Below, piece after piece: positions 24,060 through 37,560 of a DNA stretch of 64,000 nt. Each line of letters starts with the position of its first letter. The stretch's first letter is position 1. The DNA is taken from NCBI RefSeq assembly GCF_006345805.1, contig NC_042998.1, forward strand, positions 56,172,001 through 56,236,000, read 5' to 3'. This DNA is from Octopus sinensis (Eukaryota). The position numbers and the translations under genes are program-made. The notes beneath the pieces were generated by a model, which was given only the letters and a program-made list of their open reading frames with translations, searched no databases and was not told the DNA's origin.

Positions 24060-25650
24060 CTTGTTAGTCCTAGTGTTTTTGTTATGTACTTGTCTGAATG
24101 TTTTTCTCTATCATACTTAATGTGCCTACTATGATAGGAATTGTTTCTGTTTTTAGACTCCACATTCGAATTACCTCTATTTCCAGATCTTTCTACTTTG
24201 AAAGTTTCTCCGTTTCTTTTAGAGGAACATTGTTCTTTTTTCGTGGTGATATCTGACAGCTATATCTGGCCTATTTTCCTTAATTTCTCTATCTGTTGTT
24301 ATTCCATAGTGTTGGCATAGCTTCCAGTGTATGTAGGTCCCAACTCTGTCGTGTCCCAATTCCTTCTTAACCAGGACTGGGCAGCCAGAGACAATATAAC
24401 TTATTGTTTCTTCTCCATCTTCATATATTCTGCAGTTATTTGTATTTCTTTTCATTATATGCTTTTAGTGATTTCTGGTGGGAAGGCTTTGATATTGTGC
24501 TGCAATAAGAAATCCTTCAGTCTCTGCTTTGAAACCTGGGCTTCTCAGCCATTGTTGAGAATTTGCTTTGTCTATTTCTTTTATGCTTAGTTTAACCGAA
24601 TATTTGCCATGAAGAGGCTTTTCTTGCCATCGTTTTCTCATGATCTGTTGCTGTTCCAGTTTTAGTTTGGATTTTAGTTGTTTTACAGCTTTTGTTGTTT
24701 CTTCTTTTTCATCATAGTTATTAGGTACTAAGACTTCTTTTTTTTTGTATTTGTCAGCTTCATTAAAGACTGGAAACAGTCTTTTGTTTTGCTCGTGTTT
24801 TGAGGCAATTTGTATAAGTTTTCTTTGCTTCTGAAGTAAGTAGTTCTGTAGTCCTATGGTGGATATTTTGTAAAAGTTTTCTAACTGTATAAGTCCTCTA
24901 CCGCCCTGGATACTTTGTATATATAGCCTTTCTATGTCAGATTTTGGGTGGTGCATCCTAAATCCTGTCATTTTTCTTGTTTTCCTGTCTATTTTGATTA
25001 GTTCATTTAGAGTCCAGGTAAGAATACTGTAGCTGAAACTTATAACTGGGGCGGCTAGAATGTTGATATCTATTATCTTGTTTTTCGCATTGAGCTCTGT
25101 TTTCAGTATTAATCTAACTTGTCTATAGTATTCCGCTTCATCTTCTCTTTCATTTGGGTGTGTTGTATAGTATCTAGTTCATTGATTCCTAAGTATATGT
25201 ATGTCTGGCTTTGCTCTAATTCTCTTATTTCATGTCGCTACTCTTAACTAGTTTTACTCTTTTAAAGGTTGCTTTAGCACATTTTTCTAAGCCAAATTTC
25301 ATGTTCATTTCTTTGGTAAATCCATGTATTGTCTGTAGCGATGTTTCCAGCTGTTTATCATTTGTAGCGTAGATGAAGAGATGAAGAGGTGGCTGATTGT
25401 TTTGCCGCAACAGTTGTATCCACATCCAGTTCTGTTTAACATGTCAGATAAAGGTGTCAGTGCCAAGCAGAAAACGAGTAGAGAGAGCGTGTCTCCCTGG
25501 ATAATTCTTCTTCTAATGGGGATGACTTTGGTTTTTATGAATCTCTCTTTTGTTTGGAGCTGTAGCACTCTCTGCTATTTATTCATAGAACGTTTTATAT
25601 ATGTTATGATTATCAGTGCTACCTTGTTCATAGCTAGTGTTTATAGGATC
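24060..25650 (-). mobile_element. R4/Dong-like LINE fragment (RT to endonuclease)
   Basis: IIQGDTLSLLVFCLALTPLS, HHPKSDIERLY..GGRGLIQL, WQEKPLHGKY, KAETEGFLIAAQ, DRVGTYIHWKLC, RPDI. Confidence 0.9.
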
Positions 25651-25661
25651 CTATGTGGGGA

Positions 25662-25700
<39 letters not shown>

Positions 25701-25731
25701 GTCTTCTTCTTCTTCTTCTTCTCTTCTTCTT

Positions 25732-25829
<98 letters not shown>

Positions 25830-26574
25830 TAAAAATAGTATAATATATTTTATTGTAAACAAGGAAGCAAACAGGATGAATGATTTTTCAGTTATTTATC
25901 TCCATTTATAAAACGCTATCTTTATAACCCGTTTTAATAAATTTGATGGGCATACATCTTCAAACTGCATAATAAATTGCCGATTTTATCGCAGCCATTT
26001 CGGTAACTTTATTTGATAGAAAAATACAAAACGTCACAACATTTGTTTAGAAGTAAAAAAAAAATAGTTTGTGATATGTAAGAAAAGCTTAATTTTTTCA
26101 AACGAGAACCATTTATCAAAAGATTAATGAATTAGTGGAAAGTAGTGAAAATAGTTTAACTGTTTAGATAAGATAGAGCAATACAAAATGGTGAATATTT
26201 GGCTGTGGAAAGGGGTAATAAATTTGAAAAGTAATTGAAATATGAACGATAGAAAAAGCTCGAAATTCATACATATATATACATGCAGGCATACATACAT
26301 ATATATATATACGACTGAATATAGAAGTCAAATGTTTATAAAGTTTAATATATTTAATGGAAGGTTCGCTGGTTCTGTGGCACACACATACATGCATACA
26401 TAATATAAATAATAATAGATATGTACATACACACAGACATACATACATATTATCTATCTATCTATGTATCTATGTTCATACACATATATATATATTTATA
26501 TACTCACTCATGCACACACACATACACACAGCCACCCATATATATATATATACATACATTATGCTTACATACAT

Positions 26575-26621
<47 letters not shown>

Positions 26622-26739
26622 GTATACATGCATATACGAACATACATATGTGCACGCTCACTCGTATATATGTATGTTTGGTAACTCCACTAGCTCAGCA
26701 TATTTCCTTCTCTTGCTATCGTTATCATCCTCAATGTGC

Positions 26740-27490
26740 TTCTTCCAGCGAATAGAGATCCAGCTTTAGTGATGTTGAGACGACAGTTTCTTATTTCTTT
26801 ACTGCCCACAAGGGGCTAAACACAGAGGGGAAAAACAAGGACAGACAAAGGGATTAAGTCGATTACATCGGCCCCAGTGCGTAACTGGTACTTAATTTAT
26901 CGACCCCGAAAGGATGAAAGGTAAAGTCGACCTCGGCGGAATTTGAACTCAGAATGTAGAGGCAGACGAAATACCGCTAAGCATTTCACCCGGCGTGCTA
27001 ACGATTCTGCCAGCTCGCCGCCTTTATTGAGACGACAGTTTCTGAGAACTCTAGCTGCTTCACCAGGTCGACTTTCATCTCCCAGTATTTTTGCAGTTGC
27101 AAGTAGGCCTGCAAAGGCAGACTTATCAGACTTATCAGCGTCTGGAGAGTCTTCTTCTCTCCAGTTTTTATAAGGCTCTGATAAATTTCTTCGTTGGGCG
27201 GAGGTACCTGCTATGACTAATCCCACTTCAGATGGTGTCTGCTATGGCCTTCAAAACCTGGTTATGCATTCAGTAGTAGAGTCCCTCTCCCAGGGATTTT
27301 GGACAACTTCTGAAGATGTGCTCCAGCCTTCTTTTCCTCGGGCATAGGGGGCAAGCTAATGATTTCAACTTACTCCAGCAGAACAAGTCGGATAGTCTTG
27401 GCAGGATATCTTAAACTGCCCGAATTAGCAATTTTATTCGACGGGGATCCGCTTTTCAAAGGTCAGACCGTGAGACTTTGCGTTCACTTG
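26740..27490 (-). mobile_element. HERO/NeSL-like RLE LINE C-terminal fragment
   Basis: LIRAV*DILP..LACPLCPRKRRLEHIFRSCPKSLGEGLYY*MHNQVLKAIADTI and GLLATAK.WEMKVDLVKQLEF. Confidence 0.7.
26792..27026 (-). mobile_element. SINE family B inserted in the HERO-like fragment
   Basis: 17-bp TSD ttgagacgacagtttct at 26775-26791 and 27027-27043. Confidence 0.9.
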
Positions 27491-27642
27491 GTCCCATCTT
27501 AACAAGACACCTTGGGGCCACATCCGAAAACATACACGCGCGCGCGCACACACACATGCCCACAGTCATACACACACACTGAGATTATGTGAGTGTGTGC
27601 ATGTGGGAAAGTAGGTGATAAAGAAGAGAGAGAACGAAACAG

Positions 27643-27694
<52 letters not shown>

Positions 27695-27724
27695 CACACA
27701 CATATATATATATATATATTCTTT

Positions 27725-28125
27725 TTTGTTTTAGTTGTTTCAGTCATTTGACTGCGGCCATGGTGGAGCACCGCCTTAAGAAATCGACCCCAGGACTTAT
27801 TCTTTGTAACCCTAGTACTTATTCTATCGGTGTCTTTTGTCGAACCGCTAAGTTACGGGAACGTAAACACACCAGCATCGGTTCCCGAGCAATGAGGGGG
27901 ACAAACACAAACACACATATATATATACATATACGACGGGCTTCTTCCAATTTCCGTCTACCAAATCAACTCACAAGGCTTTGGTCGGCCCGAAGCAACA
28001 GTAAAAGACATTTGCTCAAAATGTAACACAATGGACTGAGCCTGGAACCAAGGTGCCATGTGATGGGATTGAACCCGGAACCATGTGGCTGGGAAGCAAG
28101 CTTCTTACCACACAGCCACGCCCGC
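27725..28125 (-). mobile_element. SINE family A
   Basis: Reverse complement of head (..accacacagccacgccc) and tail (gtttcagtcatttgactgcggccatg). Confidence 0.85.
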
Positions 28126-28204
<79 letters not shown>

Positions 28205-28292
28205 ATATATATATTATATATATCTATATATATCTATATATATAATATATATATATATATAATATATAACAATATATATACATATCTATTAC

Positions 28293-28352
<60 letters not shown>

Positions 28353-28363
28353 GTATATATATA

Positions 28364-28395
<32 letters not shown>

Positions 28396-28673
28396 CTATA
28401 ATAACAGCTAATTCTTTTAACTACAAATATAACTCCTCAGACAGCAATACTGTGGAGTTATGTTTGTAGTTAAAATAATTAGCAGCTATTTCTAAATTTT
28501 CGGTATGTTTGGTGAAGCAGCTTGTTGCTATATATATATATATATAGATATAATATATATATATATATATATATACATATTTTATATCTTCACGCACGCA
28601 CTCTTAGATAATACATCATACAACATACATACATACATACATACATACATACATACATACATACATACATACA

Positions 28674-28704
<31 letters not shown>

Positions 28705-28909
28705 TGTGTGTTTGTGTTAGTACGTGTGCGGATGTATGACGAAGAAATAAACTGGGAAACAGATAGGTGGCAGCATGTATGCTCGCTCTCTCATAATCTC
28801 CCCATCTCCCCATATTGCATACACACCATATATCTGTGTGTGTGCGCGCCTGTCGCGTGTGTGTGTGCGTATGTGTGTTTGTATGCATATATATATTATA
28901 TATATATAT

Positions 28910-28941
<32 letters not shown>

Positions 28942-29335
28942 GTGTGTGTGTGTGTGTATATTTGTATATATGTATGTATATGTGCTGGATGTATGTATGT
29001 GCCTATCTGTCTATACATAAATACACACACACATATTATATATATATATATTATATTATATATATAAATATTAAGAGAAAGAGAGAGACAGACAGACAGA
29101 CAAAGAGAGAGAGAGAGATGGGAGGAAAGAGAAGAAAAGAGAGAGACGAGAGAGAGAGAAAGGACGAGGATGATAAAATTCATACATGCAGGTGTGTGGG
29201 TGTGTATTGTTCGCCATTGTGTGTGAGTGCGTGCGTTTGAGCAGTGAATACATGTCTGTGAGCATATAAGTATATATACATACACACACCACACACACAC
29301 ACATATATATATATATACACACACACTCACACGCA

Positions 29336-29375
<40 letters not shown>

Positions 29376-29744
29376 CTAGTGTGTGAGGGTACGTGTGTGT
29401 ATAACATCATGTTAACAGTCGACTGAACGAACTCTATCCGGATTTTGAAACATCTGCCAGGTTGTAGAAAGTTTGAAAGCTTCAATGGCTGATGTCATCT
29501 CATTCTTATTGTTTCGTCTTATACAAATAATAAACTGATAATTCTACTGCCGAGCATTCCAAATTCTATTCTTCTGTCTCACAGACATATAACATTTCTG
29601 TAGCTCTCTTTATTCTAATGAATAGGCAAACATCTTAGAAGCAAATGTAAGACAGTAAGAAGCAAATGTAAGATACCCAGTTTTGATTTCTGAGTGTAGT
29701 CATTTTCGAATTTTTATTTAAATATCTAATTCTCTTCTTTGTGG

Positions 29745-29775
<31 letters not shown>

Positions 29776-29861
29776 GTTGTTGTTGTCGTTGTCGTCGTCG
29801 TCGTCGTATAACCCACACCTACGATTAAAGACATTCCAATGGAGGCTATGCTAACATATTT

Positions 29862-30274
29862 GGGATTTTTTCGGTTTGAGCGGCAGTTTTTAACATAATT
29901 TCTAGGTAACTAAAAAATTTTAAACTTCGTATACTGGTAGATTGTGTTTATAAAACATCTTTTTCTCTTGCCTTTATTGAGAAAATTCTATAGTTTGTAA
30001 GATATTTGTTGTTTTTTTTCTTCAATTTCTGAAATTTCAACTAATCAATGACGTCTATTGAGTTAAAAAGCATTCTGTGCCGTGTGAATATGTCCCTCGT
30101 TTAAGAAACAGATTGGGTTTATTTACATTTGTGAAGAAAAAAAGATACCCTTCCTCCACCCCTAACCCTAACTAACCCTAACCCTAAAATAGATCGATTC
30201 TAGGGTCATAATTATGGGTGACAATTTCATATGACACCGCTAGAAAAAACTGCAGTTCAAACCGAATAGATCCC
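29862..30274. mobile_element. TIR MITE with internal (CCCTAA)n, copy 1
   Basis: ~30-bp TIRs gggat.ttttcggtttga.cggcagtttt / aaaactgc.gttcaaaccgaa.agatccc; flanked by atattt on both sides. Confidence 0.9.
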
Positions 30275-30509
30275 ATATTTGTAGATCTCGGACTGCATTA
30301 TCCAACAAGTTATTCAATTTTTTAAGATGGTATGTTGATATCTGAGGGATTTGACTGCTACTTGTAGCAGGTCGAACAACCACGTAGAGAAGCTATTACT
30401 GGTAAGGACGCTCAATTTAAAAGGTCTAAAATAAACCTTACATGTATCTGTAGAAAATGTACGAATGAAAAATAAAAGATATAAAATAAAAAAAAGCGCA
30501 AGAAATAAC

Positions 30510-30610
30510 TAAGTACCGGAAGTAGATATATATGCTTCTGGCCAACGCTCAGAAACTGTTACACCACTTCGAAAGTAAAATGGCGTAATTTTTGCGTCCG
30601 CTTATGTCGC
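30510..30610 (+). promoter_or_regulatory. Housekeeping-promoter-like motif pair
   Basis: ETS CCGGAAGT at 30516-30523 and YY1-like AAAATGGCG at 30577-30585 in CpG-retaining, non-repeat-looking DNA; possible donor GTGAGG at 30753. Confidence 0.35.
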
Positions 30611-33320
30611 TTTTGAAATAAAATAAAAGCTACACATTTACGATGTGAAACGCAAGAGATCATTAAAGGTATTTAATGACTGATATTGAATATAATAAAT
30701 CCCTGGAATATAGAGGCGCCAAAATAAAGGAAATACCAGGGTGTTTATACCGGTGAGGAATATTGTAATGAATCTTTTCTACGACGGCTCAGAATGGAAT
30801 ATTGCAAATCGAAACGACTCTATTACATGACTAATAAACTCTTTCATCGACCATAGAGAGAGGGGGGGTAGAATCAACCCTACTCGGATTAGAAATAAGA
30901 AACGTAAGAAGGACAAGAGACGAAACTAAATACATTTGAGCATTCAATTCGCCATTCTATAATCTCTTCAACTTGATCACTATCAAGGTTTCCCCATTAT
31001 AATTGATTCCAACAACGGTACAAGACCCGCAAATTTATGGGACACGGAAGGATAGTCGATATATATATATATATATTGGCTCGAGTAATTGATTGGCACA
31101 TATTTTATCGAAGAAAATATGTTAAGTTGACTTCAACGGGATTTGAACTTACAATTTTAGTGGATCTCCGTCATTCGACGACGAGGATATTGTTGTTTGA
31201 TCAAGGTAATTACCTATTTCTGAACTGATGTCAAACTGGTTAAGCATTCTACACAAACGTGTACCCTTAAAGTAATTCTATGGTAAAATCAGGGTGACAA
31301 AGTGTGGGTCAAAGCTGCACTTTTGAAATGCATGTTGCATCTATTCGATGGTCTTCTATACAATTTTCGTTTAACCATTTTCACTCACAAGTCATGGATA
31401 GATACGATGCCATAAAAATGAGATTCGTCTAAAGAACTCGGTGGAATCGAAGCGGGTACATGGTGGTTGCGAAGCGAAATTCTTAACCATTCAGCCATAC
31501 TATGACTGCAAGTAGAGCGTAAGGGATTATTCATTAGACCCTAGTCAGTAGAGCATCCTACAACTTCTATCAGATCACCAACCATAACATCAACTCTGAT
31601 GATGATTGTTTGAGAAGAAGAGTGCAAGTAATTAAATGAACTCCAATATATTGCTTGTATTTATTCTCGTGACTCTAGGGAAATGAAAGTTGATTCCAAT
31701 GTTTTTTTTTTTATATATTAACTTCCCCACCAAATTAGCTACAATCAAGCAGGTCTATGATCAACCGCCTTTTAGTGGTATCTTACACTGTCACTATTTC
31801 CTTTTCTAAAGACGGTAGGGATACTATTAGTTGGACGTTAATTGTTATTTCTTGCAGGCCAAAACGACCGTACAGATGCTCCTTTATTGCATAGGTAAAT
31901 ATGATAACAATACTGAGTAACACAATCATCGCAAAAAGAAATTCTTTTGATTCGTAAAACTTACAGACTACCTCTGTATACTGGTCGTTGTTGTATAAGC
32001 TCTGGACCTACCCTGATCGAACAATCTATGACTCATGGAATATCAGTCAAATGAATATATATGATCCTCGGATCTATCGCACTACCATATGTTCACAAGA
32101 CAAAACCATATTGTGAATTTCATAACGAAGTATATAGAATCAACCGTCAGTTGTTATCTTACTTGAAAATTCATGTTAAATCTAATTAATGAGAAAAGCC
32201 AGTAGATAAAATATTAGTTAACCACGTGTAATGATTTCTAATCTGCTGCTTGGATTTCGTTACTTTGTTTTCTCTTTTTGACTAAACAATATATTCTCCA
32301 CGTTATATCAGTTCACCCAGCAGTTGGTAGCAATTGTTATAAAATCAATCTGGGAATATTCTAAACAGTAAGTGTGTGATGGCGCGAAGTGGTCGGCATT
32401 GGGAGACGCTTTTATGGTGTGGGGGTAGCACTTTTTGGATCTGCTGCAAAAAACATAGGCTTGAAGGACCCGGAGACGAACGCCAAACTCAAGTACTGAA
32501 CATTCTAGCTACGCCACTGGTTCAAGATAAGAATCGGGCAGTTATCTTTCCATTAGATCCGATCTCTGATCTTGATAGCTGAATAAATGTAAAGGTTGAT
32601 GTGTACAACAACAACCGAATGATAAAGAAATCTCTCTCTGGGTTCGACCCAACAACATACTTCTTGGCCAAAGTATCTTTCACTGTTAGCCTTAAGTCGA
32701 CCTTAGGCTTGCGAGTGAAATCTGGAATAAAAACTATGCAGAAATACGTTGGGTGGATTGTACCTGTAATTTAAAGGTACACACCTTGATTCTGTTTAAG
32801 GATTGCTGTAAGGATACACGTGTCTGTGGAATACTCAGCCACTTGGACGTTTATTCAATGAGTAGGTCATTCAGTTGGTCGAACAGCTAAATACTCATTG
32901 TCGAAAACAACGGAGACCCAGTTACGCAATGTTAAAAATGTAATGGATCGACACATTAACTATCCGGTGAATATTACACACATACGTACGTACGCATGTA
33001 TGTATGTACGTATGTATGTACGTACGTACATACATACATATATACATACATACACACATGCACGCATACATATACACATACGTACATACGTATATATCTA
33101 TATATTTGTGTGTGTGTGTGTGTATATATTTGCATATGTATGTATGTATAAATAAATATATTTGTGTATATCTGCGATTACAATTTAAAATAATACGTCT
33201 ACTATGAACTTCCGGTAATGCATGCGCAATGATATACCATAACAAGATCTACACTAATAGACGGAAACCGAAAGAAGTCCATCGTATATACTTGTATATA
33301 TATGTGTGTGTGTGTGTGTG

Positions 33321-33366
<46 letters not shown>

Positions 33367-33926
33367 ATTGTTGTATGTGTGTGTGTGTATGTATTCATAT
33401 ATATATGTATATATTTATATGAGTGTCTTTGTGTCTGCTTGACAACCGGTGTTGGTGTATTTACGTCTCTGTTATCTAGCTGTTCGGCAAAAGTGACTGA
33501 TGTAATAATTACCGGGCTTAAAAAATAGTCCTGGGTATCGATTTGCTCCAGCATGGCTGCAGTCAAATGATGAAACAAGTAAAAGATAAAAGATAAGGGA
33601 TATATGCCTATTATTTGATAGCATATAATTTGCAAAGCTATTAAAAACAGGCAGATATATACAAATATGTATTTGTAACAGAACGCGTATGTATATATGC
33701 ATATATATAAGCATGCATGACGTGTGCTGTTTTGCTTTTTAAACTTTTTACTAATGTAAAAAGAACCGGGGTTCGGCTAGAAACAAAGTTCTTTTACCGA
33801 AATTTTTCTTGGTAGCAAGGCTGTGAAGGGGAACATCTTGTTTTGTTCCTTATCCTTTAAATACCTAGGTCTTGCAGATTTTTAATGCCCCAGAGGTTTG
33901 TTTGTATGTATGGATGTATGCATTTA

Positions 33927-34143
33927 GAGTTAATCCAAACATGAAAACACAAAGAGAAAATACAACAATGCGAGGACGTGGAGCAAGTATAGTGTTATTG
34001 GACGCTCAGGAAAGGAAAGAAAGAAAGAGGATTTAACGTTTCGAGCGGAGCTCTTCGTCAGAAACATAGGAAAAGAAAAGATCCAAGGAAGGGAAGACGG
34101 AGGAAAAAAATCGCCAGCGATACACATGCGGTCACATATTGAA
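33927..34143 (-). mobile_element. PLE-type terminal repeat with hammerhead motif (34031-34068)
   Basis: Minus: gttt-CTGACGA-a-GAGC tcc GCTC-GAAA-CGT-T-aaat; same family as 62474-62983. Confidence 0.75.
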
Positions 34144-35640
34144 TGCATGCATTTATGTATGTTTGTATACTAGCCAGTCAGTTAATGTATATATGTATGT
34201 TTTATTTTATACTTTTAATTTAGATTTAATTTTGACCTATCACCTGCTTGGTAGCAACATTGTGAAGGAAAGCATCTTGTTTCCTTCATCATCCATTAAA
34301 CCTTGTATATACCTATGGACGTACGTATGTATGACAATATGCATGTTGCAGATGCATCAGTGCATACACATATGCATGTATAATTTTTTTTTGCTTTGGG
34401 GTTTAAGATATTTTGCTTCACAGAATTCAAACCGGGCTCTAACAAAAGGACAAGGCCTTTTTTAAGTGAACACGGTTCAAGGGTTTAGGGGGTATTGAAT
34501 GAGTTAGAATGTGCCTGTATGTAGGTGCGTGTGTAGATAAACTTGCTTCCGTGTAGTGGGTGTGGACATCACTTTAGTACATAAGACAATGTATGTATGT
34601 ATGTATGTATGTATGTATGTATGTATGTATGTATGTATGTATGTATGTATGTACGTGAGAGTGTGTGTTTATGGCTATTTATGTATAGATGTACGTGTGT
34701 AAGTAATTACCCATGAAAGTAGATAAGTGTCCATATATGTCTGTATATGTAACATACATACGGATAACATTGGCATATGCATACATGTACAGAGATGTTC
34801 ATATTATGTATACTAAATCGTTCATACATAGATGCATACTTATATATACATGCATACATATACATATATATGTGTGTATGTGTGTGTGTGGGGTGATTGG
34901 GTGCGTGTGTGTATATATATGTACATATATAAACATACTGATATACATACATATTTACACATAATATATATATATCTGTATATGTATGTTTATATATGTT
35001 TGCATATGTTATTATGTTTGTGTGTATACACACACATACATAATACATACACGAGTGTATGTATTTGTATGTATGTATGTATGCATGTATGTATGTATGT
35101 ATGTATGTATGTATGTATGTATGTATGTATGTATGTATATGTGTGTGTATGCGTGTGTGCATTTGTATGCGTGTATATGTGTTTGTATTGTTATATACAG
35201 TATATACGTCAATCTACTTTTTGTGATTCTAAAAATGTTTTAAAAAATGTAATAATGATAGCTTTTCTTACCTTGGGTTTAATGAAGAAATCGAGTTTGT
35301 ATAACTTTAGCGTTTGTTTCTGATGCAGATGACAGAAGTAATGAGTTGATATATACACAGCCAGGTGTATCAACCTAGCTCACTCTTATCTATCTCTCAA
35401 ATGTTTATATGTATGTATCTATCTATCTATACATGCACATATATATATATATATGTATGTAATATATTCTAATATATACACGTTTGTATGCGTGTATAAT
35501 ATATATATATATCTGTGGTTACTGCTCGGATTTCTGCCTGATTTCGTCTCTCGGATCTGCTTTTTGTTCTGGTTTTTGAATGTTTAAGCGAAAGACATTG
35601 TAAGGAAATTGTTGTTATAAGGCTTCCCCCATCAATAAGA

Positions 35641-35700
35641 GGTGGGGTGTGGTGACGTCATGACAAAGAGGCGGGAAGATCTTTGTAAATTTATTGGTCG
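35641..35700. promoter_or_regulatory. Cluster of CRE, E2F-like, CCAAT and CACCC motifs
   Basis: GGGGTGTGG, TGACGTCA 35653-35660, GGCGGGAA 35670-35677, ATTGG 35693-35697; may lie inside a decayed PLE end. Confidence 0.3.
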
Positions 35701-35889
35701 ATGCTATCTCCGCCTGTTCAACATCGACTTGGTATTATCTTAACACCTTCACAAGCTGCTATTAATGCATAGGTGTGCACCACTGTAATATTCCTATCAT
35801 AGGAGGTGCTATAGATTATGGTTTTTATGCTTGCATGCTTGTTTATTTGTATACTACTTCGAACAAACTGCCCACATGTGGAGCTGGTT

Positions 35890-36204
35890 TATAAAGTAAT
35901 TATATATATATGTATATGTATATATGTATGCATGCATGCATGCTTGTATTGATGCGTATATAAGTATGTATATATGAATGTGCGTATATATATAAATTTA
36001 TATATTATATATATGTATACGCATGTACAAATATATGTAGATGTCTGTCAGCAGTTTTGCACACTGGAATATGTAATTCCCACCTACAAACTCAAACAAG
36101 CATACACAGTATGTATTTGCGGTATATATGCATATATGTACTACACACACACACACATATATATATATATTATATATATATCTATAGATACTCACACTCA
36201 TATG

Positions 36205-36252
<48 letters not shown>

Positions 36253-36448
36253 TACATACGTATATATACATATGTAACATGTATACTTATAGCATATACA
36301 TACATATATATACATACGTATATATGAATAGTCGATTAATATAGATAATATATTATACATATATATAATAGTATATATATAAAAATACATTTGTAGACAT
36401 ACGTCAATACATACGTATATATACATAACATATACATTACGTATGATT

Positions 36449-36500
<52 letters not shown>

Positions 36501-36730
36501 TATATACATGTGACATATTTATATACACATACATACGTATATATATATATATGCATATGTATATATACATACGTATATATTTATACATGTATACATGTAT
36601 GTATATATACATACATGTATACATATATATACATACATATATACATGTATACATACGTATACATACACACACACACACACTCACACATAAACCACACACA
36701 TATATATATAGTAGATACATATATATAGTT
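35890..36730. repeat. Long compound (TA)/(TACA)/(CA) microsatellite tract, one of dozens in the window
   Basis: Visible directly; similar tracts at 22020-22275, 28125-28400, 37740-37960, 55200-55340, 56590-56880. Confidence 0.95.
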
Positions 36731-37382
36731 TTTGTGATGTAAAGTGAAACAGTTTATTGGAGTAAGTTATTTAAAATCTATTTTCCTTGCTAAACTAATT
36801 CCATCTTCCGAAGACTCGAATATTCAGCTGACGATACAGAAAGACGTTAACAATTCATTAAGAATTTTACCGCCGCTGTCCATTAATACTTAATACTAAT
36901 GAAAGTGCGAAGAGCAAAATCTTATTTAAAAGGTTTAGTGTTCATCTTGCATTTACGTATTTCAAGTAGTCTAATACTGCTGGGAGAACGGGGTAGCTTA
37001 TATATGGTCACTCAATCGCCAAGAAGGAGAAACTATAGCTGAGAACACACGGGATCTTGTTTAATTAAGGGTTTTCGCCTGATGCCAGATAGAAGACACT
37101 ATACATATATACATACATATATGCATACGTATATACATACATACTTACATACATACTTACATACATACATATGCACGCCGTACTAGATGCTTAGCGGCAT
37201 TTTGTCCATCTTTAAGTTCTGAGTTCAGACTCCGCCGAGGTCAGTTTTGCCTTTCATTCCATCGGGATCGATAAAATAAACACCAGTCGAGTAGTGGTAT
37301 CGATGTAATCGACTTACCTCCTCCCCGAAATTGCTGGACTTGTGTTAAAATTGGAAACTAATATATATATATACATATATAT

Positions 37383-37432
<50 letters not shown>

Positions 37433-37452
37433 TAAAGCAGCAGAAAATTCAA

Positions 37453-37502
37453 CAAAACCTGTTACTCTGAGTTTCACGTTCCCGTTCGTCGGACAGGTTT
37501 TG
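37453..37502 (-). ncRNA. Minimal type I hammerhead motif in a PLE-type end
   Basis: Minus: CAAAACCTGT-CCGACGA-ACG ggaa CGT-GAAA-CTC a GAG-TA-ACAGGTTTTG; perfect 10-bp helix I; U4C change in core. Confidence 0.65.
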
Positions 37503-37507
37503 CTAGA

Positions 37508-37560
<53 letters not shown>

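Noticed and set aside
30160-30190. True telomere or chromosome-fusion scar
   Set aside because: The short (CCCTAA)n sits at the same internal position in three MITE copies
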